Below, one piece after another: positions 49,857 through 59,421 of a DNA stretch of 64,000 nucleotides. Position numbers and translations under genes: made by a program. The notes under the pieces were generated by a model. It ran no database searches. It worked only from the letters and a program-made list of their open reading frames with translations, and was not told the origin of the DNA. The stretch lies in assembly GCA_046292385.1 (NCBI GenBank), contig JBKBRF010000002.1:32001-96000 (forward strand). Direction: 5' to 3'. Origin of the DNA: Armatimonadota bacterium (GTDB lineage Bacteria > Armatimonadota > SYMT01). Numbering within the stretch: position 1 is the first letter of the stretch; each line of letters begins with the position of its first letter.

Positions 49857-50828
49857 ATGATCCTGGTGACCGGCGGCGCCGGCTACATCGGCAGCCACTA
49901 CGTTCTCTACGAGCGGGCCCGCGGGAGCGAGGTCGTGGTGCTCGACAACATGGTCTACGGCCACCCGGAGGCGGTGCTCGACGCGCCGCTGGTGGTGGGC
50001 GAGCTGGGCGACCGCGCCACGCTCGACCGCGTCTTCACGGAGTACCAGGTCGACGCGGTGGTCCACTTCGCCGCGTTCGCCTACGTGGGCGAATCGGTCA
50101 CGAAGCCGGAGAAGTACTACCACAACAACGTGGTCGCCACCCTCGGCCTGCTCGACGCGATGCGGGACCACGGGATCCGGCACTTCATCTTCTCGTCGTC
50201 GTGCGCCACCTACGGCAACCCGCAGTACGTCCCGATGGACGAGCAGCACCCGCAGGACCCGATCAACCCGTACGGGGAGAGCAAGTTCATCTGCGAGAAG
50301 ATCATGAAGGCGTATGACCGCGCCCACGGTCTCCGCTTCGCGGCGCTGCGCTACTTCAACGCCGCCGGCTGCGATCCGGAAGGCCGCATCGGCGAGAGCC
50401 ACGATCCGGAGACCCACCTGATCCCGCTGATCCTGCAGGCGGCCCAGGGGAAGCGGGACGCGATCACCGTCTTCGGCACCGACTACGACACGCCGGACGG
50501 CACCTGCATCCGGGACTACATCCACGTCCTCGACCTGGCCCAGGCGCACAGCCTCGCGCTGGAGCGGCTGCGCGGCGGCGGCGAGAGCGGCTTCTTCAAC
50601 CTGGGGACGGAGACGGGTCACTCCGTCCGCGAGGTGATCCGCGTCTGCGAAGAGGTCTCCGGCCGCCCCGTCCCGGTGCAGGAAGGCCCCCGCCGGGAAG
50701 GCGACCCGCCGCGACTGGTCGCCAGCGCAGCCAAGGCCCGCGAAGTGCTCGGCTGGCGCCCGCAGTACCTCGACCTGCGGGAGACGATCGCCACCGCCTG
50801 GAAGTGGGAGGAGAGCCGGCGGTACTGA
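49857..50828 (+). CDS. galE: UDP-sugar 4-epimerase (GalE / UDP-xylose 4-epimerase type)
   Basis: TGGAGYIGSH, HFAAFAYVGES, FSSSCATYG, YGESK and RDYIHV motifs. Confidence 0.92.
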   Translation: MILVTGGAGYIGSHYVLYERARGSEVVVLDNMVYGHPEAVLDAPLVVGELGDRATLDRVFTEYQVDAVVHFAAFAYVGESVTKPEKYYHNNVVATLGLLDAMRDHGIRHFIFSSSCATYGNPQYVPMDEQHPQDPINPYGESKFICEKIMKAYDRAHGLRFAALRYFNAAGCDPEGRIGESHDPETHLIPLILQAAQGKRDAITVFGTDYDTPDGTCIRDYIHVLDLAQAHSLALERLRGGGESGFFNLGTETGHSVREVIRVCEEVSGRPVPVQEGPRREGDPPRLVASAAKAREVLGWRPQYLDLRETIATAWKWEESRRY

Positions 50829-50850
50829 GGGGGCTCATTCCGAACCGGGA

Positions 50851-51134
50851 ATTCACCGCAGAGACGCGGAGAGCGCGGAGAGAACCCGAACTTGAGGAAA
50901 GGGCCTGCTGCGCGTCTCGAGTTCCGTACAGCGGCCCCGACCCGAACCTCTTTCACCGCAGAGGACGCGGAGAGCGCAGAGGGGGGAACCAGAGATTTGT
51001 CCTGGTTCCGCTTCACGAGTGCCGTACAGCGGCCCCGGAGTTTCTCCTTCTGTTCCCCTCTTTGCGTCCTTTGCGTTCTTGGCGGTGAATCAGGTTCGGG
51101 TTCTCTCCGCGTCCTCTGCGTCTCTGCGGTGAAT
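50851..51134. repeat. Nested inverted-repeat element (TTCACCGCAGAG...CTCTGCGGTGAA)
   Basis: Two forward and two reverse copies of CACCGCAGAG(G)ACGCGGAGAGCGC between convergent genes. Confidence 0.75.
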
Positions 51135-52006
51135 CAGGTTCGGAGCGGCTTGAAGCCGTCGGAAGTGACGCGGACGGGGCGATCTAGCAGGCGGGCATGG
51201 CTGCCGCATTCGAGCATGCGCATCGCGTCGCGCAGCGTCTCGGGGCTCCCAGCGGCGTCGGGGGGCAGCAGCACCAGCGCGTGGGTGTGCGGGGCCAGGG
51301 CGACCAGCTCCTGTCCCGGCTTCAGCAGCCCGGGGACCACCAGGAGGCGGGCCCCGTCGAACCCATCCTGCAACTGCACCGCCGAGACCTCGCCTGCCAG
51401 CGCGGCAGCGACCATCTCGCGCGGGAAACCCTTCCGCAGGTTCTCGAGGGCAGTCTGGTGGAGCTCTTCCGGGGTGAGGCCCAGATCGGTGAGATCCTGT
51501 CGAGCGAGAACGCACCACCCCTCGGGGATGCCGTGCATGTAAACCACGCTCAGTCCGAGATCCGGCAGCGGTCGGTGGAACGGATCCGCCTCGCGGGGGA
51601 ATTCCCGCAGCGCCTCCGGGCGCATGAGCTGCGGCCGCAGCCCCTGGGTGGCCTCTGCGGCGGAGATCGGCGCCGAGGCGGGGTCCATTAGCAGGGCAAT
51701 TGCCTGCTGGCAGAGCGCGGCGCGCGCGGCGGGGTCCCGGCCCAGGCCCGGCAGGCGCCCGACGGCGACGTAGAGATCCTCCATCTCCCACACGCGCTGC
51801 CTCCCATCCGGCATGCGGAGCAGCAGGTTGCCCTGCTCCTCGCCGAGCACCTCGACCTCCGGATGGCGCTCCTTCAGAAGCTTCGGCAGCTCCTCCCGCA
51901 CGGTGCGGCACATCGCCCGGAAACGGTTGTAGTGAGAGCGCGCCGCGAGAGCAAGGAGCAGCACGACACCGATGACAATCCAGAGCCAGGGCGGCAGAGC
52001 CGGCAT
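51134..52006 (-). CDS. Membrane-anchored hypothetical protein (DUF1444-like C-terminus)
   Basis: N-terminal TM helix; LGLTPEELHQTALENL...DGFDGARLL. Confidence 0.65.
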   Translation of the reverse strand: MPALPPWLWIVIGVVLLLALAARSHYNRFRAMCRTVREELPKLLKERHPEVEVLGEEQGNLLLRMPDGRQRVWEMEDLYVAVGRLPGLGRDPAARAALCQQAIALLMDPASAPISAAEATQGLRPQLMRPEALREFPREADPFHRPLPDLGLSVVYMHGIPEGWCVLARQDLTDLGLTPEELHQTALENLRKGFPREMVAAALAGEVSAVQLQDGFDGARLLVVPGLLKPGQELVALAPHTHALVLLPPDAAGSPETLRDAMRMLECGSHARLLDRPVRVTSDGFKPLRT

Positions 52007-52083
52007 CTTCGCGCCTCGCGGGAGTCACTTTGGAGTCACTTTCTAAGCCTTTTCGACCGGGGCGGCCCGAAGCTCCTCTTCCG

Positions 52084-52440
52084 TCAGCGGAGATGACGCC
52101 AGTAGTAGACCCACCACAGCACGCCGCGGTAGCCCTCAAGGTAGAAGCCGGGCACGCGCTCCGCCAGCTCGTCTACCAGCGCCTCGGTCACGAAGTCGTC
52201 CAGATTCGGAAGCCCAGCGCCGCTAGCGAGTTGGCGTTTCACTACCTCGCCCGCCGCGTCCAGCACCCGCAGCGCCAGGTGGAAGGCCTCCCGGTACTCC
52301 TCCGGAGCGAAGCCGGGCACCCGGCGCCGGAGGGCGCGGCACGCCTTCTGCTCCGAGCCGTAGGAGCCGAAGTCGACGAACCGCCGCGCCACGTCCCAGG
52401 CGGTATCGAGCAGCGTCTCCCGCGAGGCAGGCACCGACAT
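52084..52440 (-). CDS. Hypothetical protein
   Basis: 118 aa, SD ggag, protein-like composition. Confidence 0.6.
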   Translation of the reverse strand: MSVPASRETLLDTAWDVARRFVDFGSYGSEQKACRALRRRVPGFAPEEYREAFHLALRVLDAAGEVVKRQLASGAGLPNLDDFVTEALVDELAERVPGFYLEGYRGVLWWVYYWRHLR

Positions 52441-52492
52441 AGCTTATAGCTCCCGAAGCGGTAACGGCGGAACTGTTCCGGCGGCAGCCCGC

Positions 52493-54736
52493 CTAACGCG
52501 CCGTGCCGCTCATCGGGATGTTCACCATGGGGCGCTTCGCGTCATCGCTCTGGACCACCAGCCTGGCCCGGTGCTTGCCCCGCACGGTGGGCGCGAAGGT
52601 GACCGTCAACTGCAGCTTCCCCTGGGGGGCGAGGACGTGGGACCCCGGCGCAAGGGTGAACGGTCCTTCCGGAGCCTGGAACGACACCGTGAGCGGTCCG
52701 GCACCCGCATTTCGCAGCAGCACCTTCTGTACCGCACGCTTGCCGCGGCGAGTGGTGGGAAACTGGAGCCTGGACGGCTTCACCACCAGTTTGCCGCTCG
52801 CGCCGGCACGCACCCGGTCGGAGTAGGGCCCGGCGTTCCGCGCCGTCACCGCGCGGACCCGGTAGAACTCTCCGATCTTGAGACTCCAGTCCAGCGTCTC
52901 GACGGTGACCTGCTCCGTATTTGCGGGCACGGTCCGGACCGTAAAGAAGCCGCCGTGGTAGAAGGCCTTCTCCACCTCGAAAGCGGTCTCGTTGTCGCTG
53001 GTATCGGTCCACCGGAGCGTCACCATGTTCTTGCCGGCGGTGGCGGTGAGAGCTGCCGGCGCGGTGGGCAGCCGCTCCGGGAACGCGGTCACCTCGTTCG
53101 AGGGGTCGGTGGAGCCCGCCGGCAGGAGCGCACGGATGCGGTACGTGCAGAGCCGCTCGGTCGGCGCCTCCAGGTCGGAATACCCCGATTGGCCCGCCTC
53201 CACGGTGCCGATCTGGGAAAAGGGCCCATCCTGCGTGCGGCGCTCCACCACGAAGCCGGTCGCCTCCGTAGGGTTGCGGGTCCAGGCCAGATCGACCCGC
53301 GTGGCGCCCGCTACCGTAGAGCGGAGGTCATCCGGGGGCAGCGCCGAAGCACCGGTGGTGATCTGAACGGTGCAGCCGGTGGCGGTTTCCCCGACCACCC
53401 GCACGGAGAGTCCGTTTGCCCGGTCCACGAACAGCTCTCCCGGCACCCAGACCGTGCCCCCATCGCCGGCGAAGCCGTTGCCGTCGCCGTCCACCACCTG
53501 CGCCAGGCGGTCGGTCCCCTGCCGCGTCGGGTCGACCAGATGGATTACCACGCCTTCGCTCGGGAGCGTTTCGTCGTAACCGACTTTCTTCCGCGCCTCG
53601 ACCGTGTAGAAGCGCGGGGAGCCGCCGGGGAGCGGAATCTGCGCCATCAGGTAGGCGTCATTCGCCGCGGGCTGGTTCAACCGCTCCAGCTCGACCGTTT
53701 GCTGCACTCCTGCCGGCACCACCAGCTTTCGCTCGGCGGGGATCCACCCCAGCTGATCCTGGTGATAGCTGATGCCGCCGGTGCCGATGAGCCCGTACTC
53801 CCCTCCGGAGGGGATCTGCCCGCCGCTCATGTAGTCCCAGGGCGAGTCGTAGGTCGCCTCGTAAGGACCGGACGAGTGGAAGAGACCCAGATTGTGGCCG
53901 ATCTCGTGCACCGTGGAGCTTTGGTGGAACGTGGTGGTGTTGATGGTCGGCTCCATCCACGAGAGACCGTAACTCCGGGTCTCGCCATCCACCTCGACCG
54001 GCCTCGTCCCGACGGTCCCCAGGGCATAGGTCAGGGCCCCGGGGGTAACCGAAACGTTGCTGACGACCAGGATGCCGTCGTAAGCCGGGAAGTAGACGTC
54101 CGCATCGGCAGCGGCGACCGCATCCTGGATGATCTGGTCGAAGTCGAAGAGCTCCGGGGTGGCATAGTCGGTGCTCGGCCTCGGCAGCGTGTACCAGCCG
54201 AACACGTCCCCCGAGACGTGGAGCCGTCCGTCCGAGATCTCCCGGTAGAAGTGGCCGGCGCCCGGCTTCTCGTCACCCAGCAGCCGCTCGAAGTACTCCG
54301 TGGGCCGGGGGGTCACGCTCGCCTCGTCCGCATACCGGACCAGCAGGGTGGCATACCGCTTCTCGCCGGTGGCCGCGGCAGCCGCCCGCGGGGCCGCTCC
54401 CGGAACACGACGGAGAGTAGCGATGCGGAACCGGCGGCGCCCCACGCCGGGGAGGAGCTGACCGGTCACTTCCACGCGCTGTCCGGCGGCGGAGGTGAGC
54501 CCGTGCTGAGAAGCGAGCGCGGCGCCGGGCAGCAGCTCGATGCTGCCGCCTCGACCGTCGACCAGGGACAGGTGGATCCTGCAGCCGGCAGCGCTGCACT
54601 GCGAGGTCACCGCCAGCCAGCCGGAGAGCTGCTGCGAGGCGGAGGCGCGGCCCGCGAACGGCAGCGCCAGGACGAGGACGAGGAGCGCCGCAGCGTGCGG
54701 GAGCCGGCGCGCGGCAAGACGGAGTAAAGCCAACAT
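52493..54736 (-). CDS. Secreted zinc metalloprotease (M6/M11-like) with FN3 and C-terminal Ig-like (ASH/choice-of-anchor D) domains
   Basis: HEIGHNLGLFH, WDYMS Met-turn, two FN3-like repeats, LLRNAGAGPLTV. Confidence 0.85.
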   Translation of the reverse strand: MLALLRLAARRLPHAAALLVLVLALPFAGRASASQQLSGWLAVTSQCSAAGCRIHLSLVDGRGGSIELLPGAALASQHGLTSAAGQRVEVTGQLLPGVGRRRFRIATLRRVPGAAPRAAAAATGEKRYATLLVRYADEASVTPRPTEYFERLLGDEKPGAGHFYREISDGRLHVSGDVFGWYTLPRPSTDYATPELFDFDQIIQDAVAAADADVYFPAYDGILVVSNVSVTPGALTYALGTVGTRPVEVDGETRSYGLSWMEPTINTTTFHQSSTVHEIGHNLGLFHSSGPYEATYDSPWDYMSGGQIPSGGEYGLIGTGGISYHQDQLGWIPAERKLVVPAGVQQTVELERLNQPAANDAYLMAQIPLPGGSPRFYTVEARKKVGYDETLPSEGVVIHLVDPTRQGTDRLAQVVDGDGNGFAGDGGTVWVPGELFVDRANGLSVRVVGETATGCTVQITTGASALPPDDLRSTVAGATRVDLAWTRNPTEATGFVVERRTQDGPFSQIGTVEAGQSGYSDLEAPTERLCTYRIRALLPAGSTDPSNEVTAFPERLPTAPAALTATAGKNMVTLRWTDTSDNETAFEVEKAFYHGGFFTVRTVPANTEQVTVETLDWSLKIGEFYRVRAVTARNAGPYSDRVRAGASGKLVVKPSRLQFPTTRRGKRAVQKVLLRNAGAGPLTVSFQAPEGPFTLAPGSHVLAPQGKLQLTVTFAPTVRGKHRARLVVQSDDAKRPMVNIPMSGTAR

Positions 54737-54884
54737 TCGTGAAGCAGCCGGACGGCGCCCGGACAGAAGCCAGACGCACGGAGAGGAGGCGTGGGGAGCA
54801 GAGCCGCCTTTCGTTCGCACTTCCAGGGGCGTGCTCCTCCCGATCTGCGCTGGAGGAACCCGCAGGCCGGGCCGGGGTGCCGGC

Positions 54885-56153
54885 TCACCGCTTCAGGTAG
54901 AGCTGCACCCGGCCGGCGTCTTCCCGGCCCTCCGGGTCTCCCAGGCGTGCGCCCACCAGGATCCCGCTCGCGGCGCGCCCCGGCGCTCGGAGGCCGGCGA
55001 GCGTCATCCCGTAGAGATCACCGAGGGCGGGCACTTCCAGGAGCTGCAGCCGCTTCCCGGTGCGGCCGGAGAAGATCCAGACCCGCTCCGACTCTGCCTT
55101 CACCGGGACGGTGCCCTGGATGCCGCCGACTACCACCTCCGGCACCCGGTCGCCGTCCAGCGGTACGCAGGCGACGGTCTGGCCCATGTGGTTGCCGACC
55201 GCGTGGCCGTCGAAGCGCCGGATCAGGGCGCCGGTGCGGCCGGAGTGGACGAAGACGCTTCCTGCATCCGTGCGGCCTTCCGGGTCGGCCAGCGGGGAGG
55301 AGATCACCGCGTCGGCGCGGCGGTCCCGGTCGAAGTCCGCCAGCGCCACTCCCGACGCGAAGTGCTGCAGCGGCGAGGCGGCGTCGAAGCGCCGGATCAG
55401 GCTTCCGTCACGACCGGAGAAGAGGTAGCCGCTCCCTCCGTCGGGACCGGCTTCCGGGTCGGCCAGCGGCGCGCCCACCAGAATGTCGGCGCGGCCGTCG
55501 CGATCGGTGTCCGCGGCTGCTACGGCGTGTCCGAACTGCTCTCCCGACTCCGAGCCGTCGATCCGGAGCAGGCGAGAGCCGTCCCGGCCGGAGAAGACGA
55601 GGACGCTCCCGGTGCCGTCCTCCGCCACGCCGACGTTCGGCGCGCCGGTGACGATGTCCGGAAAGCGGTCGCCGTTCACGTCCGCGCAGGCGAGCGAGTA
55701 CCCCATCTGAAAGGTGCCCGGCTGCCGCTCGAGCTGGTGCAGGAGCCGGAAGTCCCGCCCGGAGTAGACGAAGACCCGGCCCTGGTTCGGAGCGCCGACG
55801 AGCACGTCGTCCCGGCCGTCGCGGTTCACGTCGCTGCAGAACACGGAGTACCCGAAGACGCCGTAAGGCACCAGTCCGTCGAGCCGGCGGACGAGCCGGC
55901 CGGTGCGGCCCGAGTAGACGTAGACGCTGCCGGCATCCGTGACCCCGTCCGGATCGGTGTCGCGAGCCCCGACGATGATCTCCGGACGGCCGTCGCGGTC
56001 GAGGTCGCCCGACGCCAGGCTGACGCCGAACTGATCGCCGGCGGTCTCTCCGGAGAGCGCCGGGCGCTCCCGCAGGAGCGGGCGGCGAGCGGCGGAGCTA
56101 TCGGAGAGAGCGAGCAGGCTGACGAGGAGGCCGGTGGCGAGAGCGATCCGCAT
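54885..56153 (-). CDS. Secreted FG-GAP (integrin-alpha-like) beta-propeller protein
   Basis: Repeated FG.S...D.N.DG..D..VGAP...G.V.VFSG units. Confidence 0.9.
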   Translation of the reverse strand: MRIALATGLLVSLLALSDSSAARRPLLRERPALSGETAGDQFGVSLASGDLDRDGRPEIIVGARDTDPDGVTDAGSVYVYSGRTGRLVRRLDGLVPYGVFGYSVFCSDVNRDGRDDVLVGAPNQGRVFVYSGRDFRLLHQLERQPGTFQMGYSLACADVNGDRFPDIVTGAPNVGVAEDGTGSVLVFSGRDGSRLLRIDGSESGEQFGHAVAAADTDRDGRADILVGAPLADPEAGPDGGSGYLFSGRDGSLIRRFDAASPLQHFASGVALADFDRDRRADAVISSPLADPEGRTDAGSVFVHSGRTGALIRRFDGHAVGNHMGQTVACVPLDGDRVPEVVVGGIQGTVPVKAESERVWIFSGRTGKRLQLLEVPALGDLYGMTLAGLRAPGRAASGILVGARLGDPEGREDAGRVQLYLKR

Positions 56154-56282
56154 GGGGAGGGTCCTGGAACGGCAAGTGCAGTTTCTTACGATGTTCCGCC
56201 GTAAGGTCGCTTGCTCCTTCCCGAAACACCGAAGAGCGCCCACCCCACTCCCGCGAGTGGGCTCCGGGGCCGGCTTCTGAAC

Positions 56283-57806
56283 CTACAACTGCCGGTCGAG
56301 GCTGCGGTACTGGATCGCTTCCGCTACGTGGGGGACGCCGATCGTCTCCGAGCCGGCCAGGTCCGCGATGGTGCGGGAGAGCTTGAGGATGCGGTCGTAG
56401 GCCCGGGCGGAGAGGCCGAGGCGGGTGATGGCGGCGCGGAGCAGCTCTTCCGCTCCGCTCTCCGCGCGGCAGAAGCTCTTGAGCTGGCGGCTGGTCATCG
56501 CGGCGTTGCAGTAGACCCCGGTCCCCGAGAAGCGCGCCTGCTGCAGCTCCCGGGCGCGGGTCACCCGCTCCCGGATCGCCTTGCTCGGCTCGCCCTGGCC
56601 GGGGGAGAGCAGCTCGTCCTGCTTCAGGCGGGGGACCTCGACGTGGATGTCGATGCGGTCGAGGAGCGGACCGCTGATCCGGCCCATGTAGCGGCTGATC
56701 TGGACCTCCGTGCAGGAGCACTCCCGGATCGAGTCCCCCCGATAGCCGCAGGGGCACGGATTGGCCGCCGCGACGAAGATGCAGCGCGCGGGATAGGAGA
56801 GCGAGGCGGCGGCACGGGCGATGGTGACGTGCCCCTCTTCCAGCGGCTGGCGCAGCACTTCCAAAACGGTCCGCTGGAACTCCGGCAGCTCGTCCAGGAA
56901 GAGCACCCCGTGGTGGGCCAGGCTGATCTCCCCCGGCTTCGGGACGCTGCCGCCGCCGATCAGGCCGGCGTCGCTCACCGTGTGGTGCGGGGAGCGGTAC
57001 GGCCGCTGCGTCACCAGCGCCCGCTCCCGGCCGAGCTGACCGGTGACGCTGTAGAGCTTGGTGACTTCGAGCGCCTCCTCGAACGCGAGCGGCGGGAGGA
57101 GGGTCGCCAGCCGGCGCGCGAGCATCGTCTTGCCGCTGCCGGGCGGACCGATCATCAGGACGTTGTGCCCGCCCGCCGCCGCCACTTCGAGCGCGCGCTT
57201 CACGTGCTCCTGGCCGCGGACGTCGCCCATGTCGATGTCCCACTTCGGGTCTTCCAGCGTGGCGGAGAGGTCCTCCGGCGTCATCGGCCGGCCCTCGCCC
57301 GCCAGCGCCGCCGCCGCCTCGCGGATGGTGCTGACCGGGTAGACCTCCAGCCCACGGACCACCGCCGCCTCCCGCGCGTTCTCCGCCGGCAGGATGATCC
57401 CGCGCTTGCCCGCGTCCCGCGCCGCCAGCGCCATCGGCAGCACGCCCGCCACCGGCCGGAGCGTCCCCTCCAGCGAGAGCTCCCCCGTGAGCAGGAACTC
57501 CGCCAGCGGCTCCGCGGGGATCTGCCCGCTGCCGGCGAGGATGGCGACCGCGATCGGGAGGTCGAAGGCGGGGCCTTCCTTGCGGATGTCGGCCGGCGCC
57601 AGGTTCACCAGCACGCGGGTGCCGGGCATCTTGTAGCGCTGGCTCCGCAGCGCCACCGCCACCCGCTCCGCGCTCTCCTTCACGGCGGCGTCCGGAAGCC
57701 CCACCACCACGAACTTCGACATTCCCCCGCGGGCGACGTCGACCTCCACCTCGACCAGGTAGGCGTCGACGCCCAGGACGGCACTGGAGTAGGCGGTGGA
57801 GAGCAT
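56283..57806 (-). CDS. comM: YifB/ComM Mg-chelatase-like AAA+ ATPase
   Basis: VGLPDAAVKES, GPPGSGKT, LFLDELPEF and NPCPCG motifs. Confidence 0.95.
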   Translation of the reverse strand: MLSTAYSSAVLGVDAYLVEVEVDVARGGMSKFVVVGLPDAAVKESAERVAVALRSQRYKMPGTRVLVNLAPADIRKEGPAFDLPIAVAILAGSGQIPAEPLAEFLLTGELSLEGTLRPVAGVLPMALAARDAGKRGIILPAENAREAAVVRGLEVYPVSTIREAAAALAGEGRPMTPEDLSATLEDPKWDIDMGDVRGQEHVKRALEVAAAGGHNVLMIGPPGSGKTMLARRLATLLPPLAFEEALEVTKLYSVTGQLGRERALVTQRPYRSPHHTVSDAGLIGGGSVPKPGEISLAHHGVLFLDELPEFQRTVLEVLRQPLEEGHVTIARAAASLSYPARCIFVAAANPCPCGYRGDSIRECSCTEVQISRYMGRISGPLLDRIDIHVEVPRLKQDELLSPGQGEPSKAIRERVTRARELQQARFSGTGVYCNAAMTSRQLKSFCRAESGAEELLRAAITRLGLSARAYDRILKLSRTIADLAGSETIGVPHVAEAIQYRSLDRQL

Positions 57807-58115
57807 GCGGAGAATTCGACGGTAGAGCGGCAGGCAGGCGAGGACCCGTTCCCCGGGACGGCGAGGGGTTCCTGCGTCAAGACCTTGGGTTGCCAGCCGG
57901 GAAAGGTGGCGGGGCTCCGTGCAGCGAGCGGCGCGATGCTCCGGGTCCCGGAGCAAGTTGCGGAGCCTGCCTGTCGATTGCTCATCCGGACGCTATCATA
58001 AAAGCTGGCTCTCCCCCGATGTGGGAGTGTGCTTTATCCTCCGACGACATTTATCTGCCGCGTGACTCACTTCTGCGTCGTGGCGTCGGGATGTTTCTAG
58101 AGCAAAGGAGCGGCT

Positions 58116-58772
58116 ATGAGCCGAATTGGATGGGTCGCCGTGGCGGCGACGATCGCCCTGGTGGGGGTCGGCGTACGGGTCGCCGGCGCCGTCGATCATG
58201 AGAACGAGCAGGGCTTCAAGGTGATCTTCGACGGCAAGTCGCTGGACGGCTGGAAGATCGCGGAGAACCCCAGCAGCTTCAAGCTGCAGGACGGTGCCCT
58301 CGTGGCGCACGGGCCGCGGGCGCACGCCTTCTACGTGGGCGACGAGAAGCCGTTCCGGAACTTCGAGCTGAAGGCCGACGTGATGACCAGGAAGAACGCC
58401 AACGGCGGCATCTTCTTCCACACCAAGTACCAGGACCGGGATTGGCCGAACCAGGGCTTCGAGGCGCAGGTCAACAACACCTTCCAGCCGGACCCGCGCA
58501 AGACGGGCAGCCTCTACAACGTGAAGGACGTGCTGAACACCTCGCCGGTGGGGGATGACGTCTGGTTCACGGAGCACGTCATCGTGCAGGGGCCGAAGGT
58601 CACCATCAAGGTCGAGGGCAAGACCGTGGTGGAGTGGACCGATCCCGAGGGCACCGCTCCCGGCCAGGGCCTGAAGAACCGCGTGGGCGAAGGAACCTTT
58701 GCGCTGCAGGCGCACGATCCGGAGAGCGTGGTCTTCTACAAGAACATCCGCGTGAAGCGGCTGCCGAATTGA
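58116..58772 (+). CDS. Secreted DUF1080 (3-keto-disaccharide hydrolase-like) protein
   Basis: FDGKSLDGW, NGGIFF, EAQV, TGSLY and LQAH...YKNIRVK motifs. Confidence 0.9.
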   Translation: MSRIGWVAVAATIALVGVGVRVAGAVDHENEQGFKVIFDGKSLDGWKIAENPSSFKLQDGALVAHGPRAHAFYVGDEKPFRNFELKADVMTRKNANGGIFFHTKYQDRDWPNQGFEAQVNNTFQPDPRKTGSLYNVKDVLNTSPVGDDVWFTEHVIVQGPKVTIKVEGKTVVEWTDPEGTAPGQGLKNRVGEGTFALQAHDPESVVFYKNIRVKRLPN

Positions 58773-58825
58773 TCGGCTCCCAGAGCCGCCCCACCCGCGG
58801 GTGGCGACTAGCCTGATACCGAAAG

Positions 58826-58851
58826 GGGCCCGCCGAAGATTCGGCGGGCCC
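58826..58851. terminator. Hairpin between convergent genes (probable terminator)
   Basis: GGGCCCGCCGAA-ga-TTCGGCGGGCCC, 12-bp stem. Confidence 0.6.
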
Positions 58852-58948
58852 TCTTCGCGAGAGTTGGGGAGATCTCAAGAGTACGTGTGAGTCGGCGCTG
58901 CCGATGCTGGGCGGGCTCTCGGGCCGGAGTTCGAGGAGCAGCGCGGGA

Positions 58949-59383
58949 TCAACTCTCCCGCACGCCAACCGCTTGGAGGAACTGCTCCCACGCCTCTTCC
59001 GTCAGCGCCCCTTTCGAGAAGTGGGTTGGCGAGGTGCGGTCCACTGCTACCAGAGCGCTGGGTTCTTGCGGCCAGGCATATCCATAGCCGGTACTTCGGA
59101 GCAATCTCCACGCTGCCCGCTCGGCATCCATTCCAGCTGCAAGCTCCTCGTGCCACCGGAGCAGTGCTTCCGGGACGAGCTCTCTGGATTCGGTGGTAAC
59201 GTAGAAGAGCGTCGTCCCTTCGGAGAGTTCCGACCTGACCACGCGCACTTCCGCATCGGCAACGAGCTGCGCCCTCTCGGCCCAGCGGTCGTACGCCGCG
59301 CTCGCGTCTTCGGCGGAGAGACAGACATCAAGAATGTAGGTCCCGCGAGCGCGATCGAGTTCTTCCATCTGAATCACCCTCAT
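58949..59383 (-). CDS. Hypothetical protein (start possibly 59368)
   Basis: Lower GC; protein-like composition. Confidence 0.5.
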   Translation of the reverse strand: MRVIQMEELDRARGTYILDVCLSAEDASAAYDRWAERAQLVADAEVRVVRSELSEGTTLFYVTTESRELVPEALLRWHEELAAGMDAERAAWRLLRSTGYGYAWPQEPSALVAVDRTSPTHFSKGALTEEAWEQFLQAVGVRES

Positions 59384-59384
59384 T

Positions 59385-59418
59385 CGAGCCCGCCGGAGGG
59401 CGCCCTCCGGCGGGCTCG
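59385..59418. terminator. Perfect 16-bp stem hairpin downstream of the tipA-like gene
   Basis: CGAGCCCGCCGGAGGG-cg-CCCTCCGGCGGGCTCG. Confidence 0.55.
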
Positions 59419-59421
59419 GGC

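Noticed and set aside
56283..57806. Mobile element inserted in comM (a known hotspot)
   Set aside because: The gene is intact and uninterrupted.
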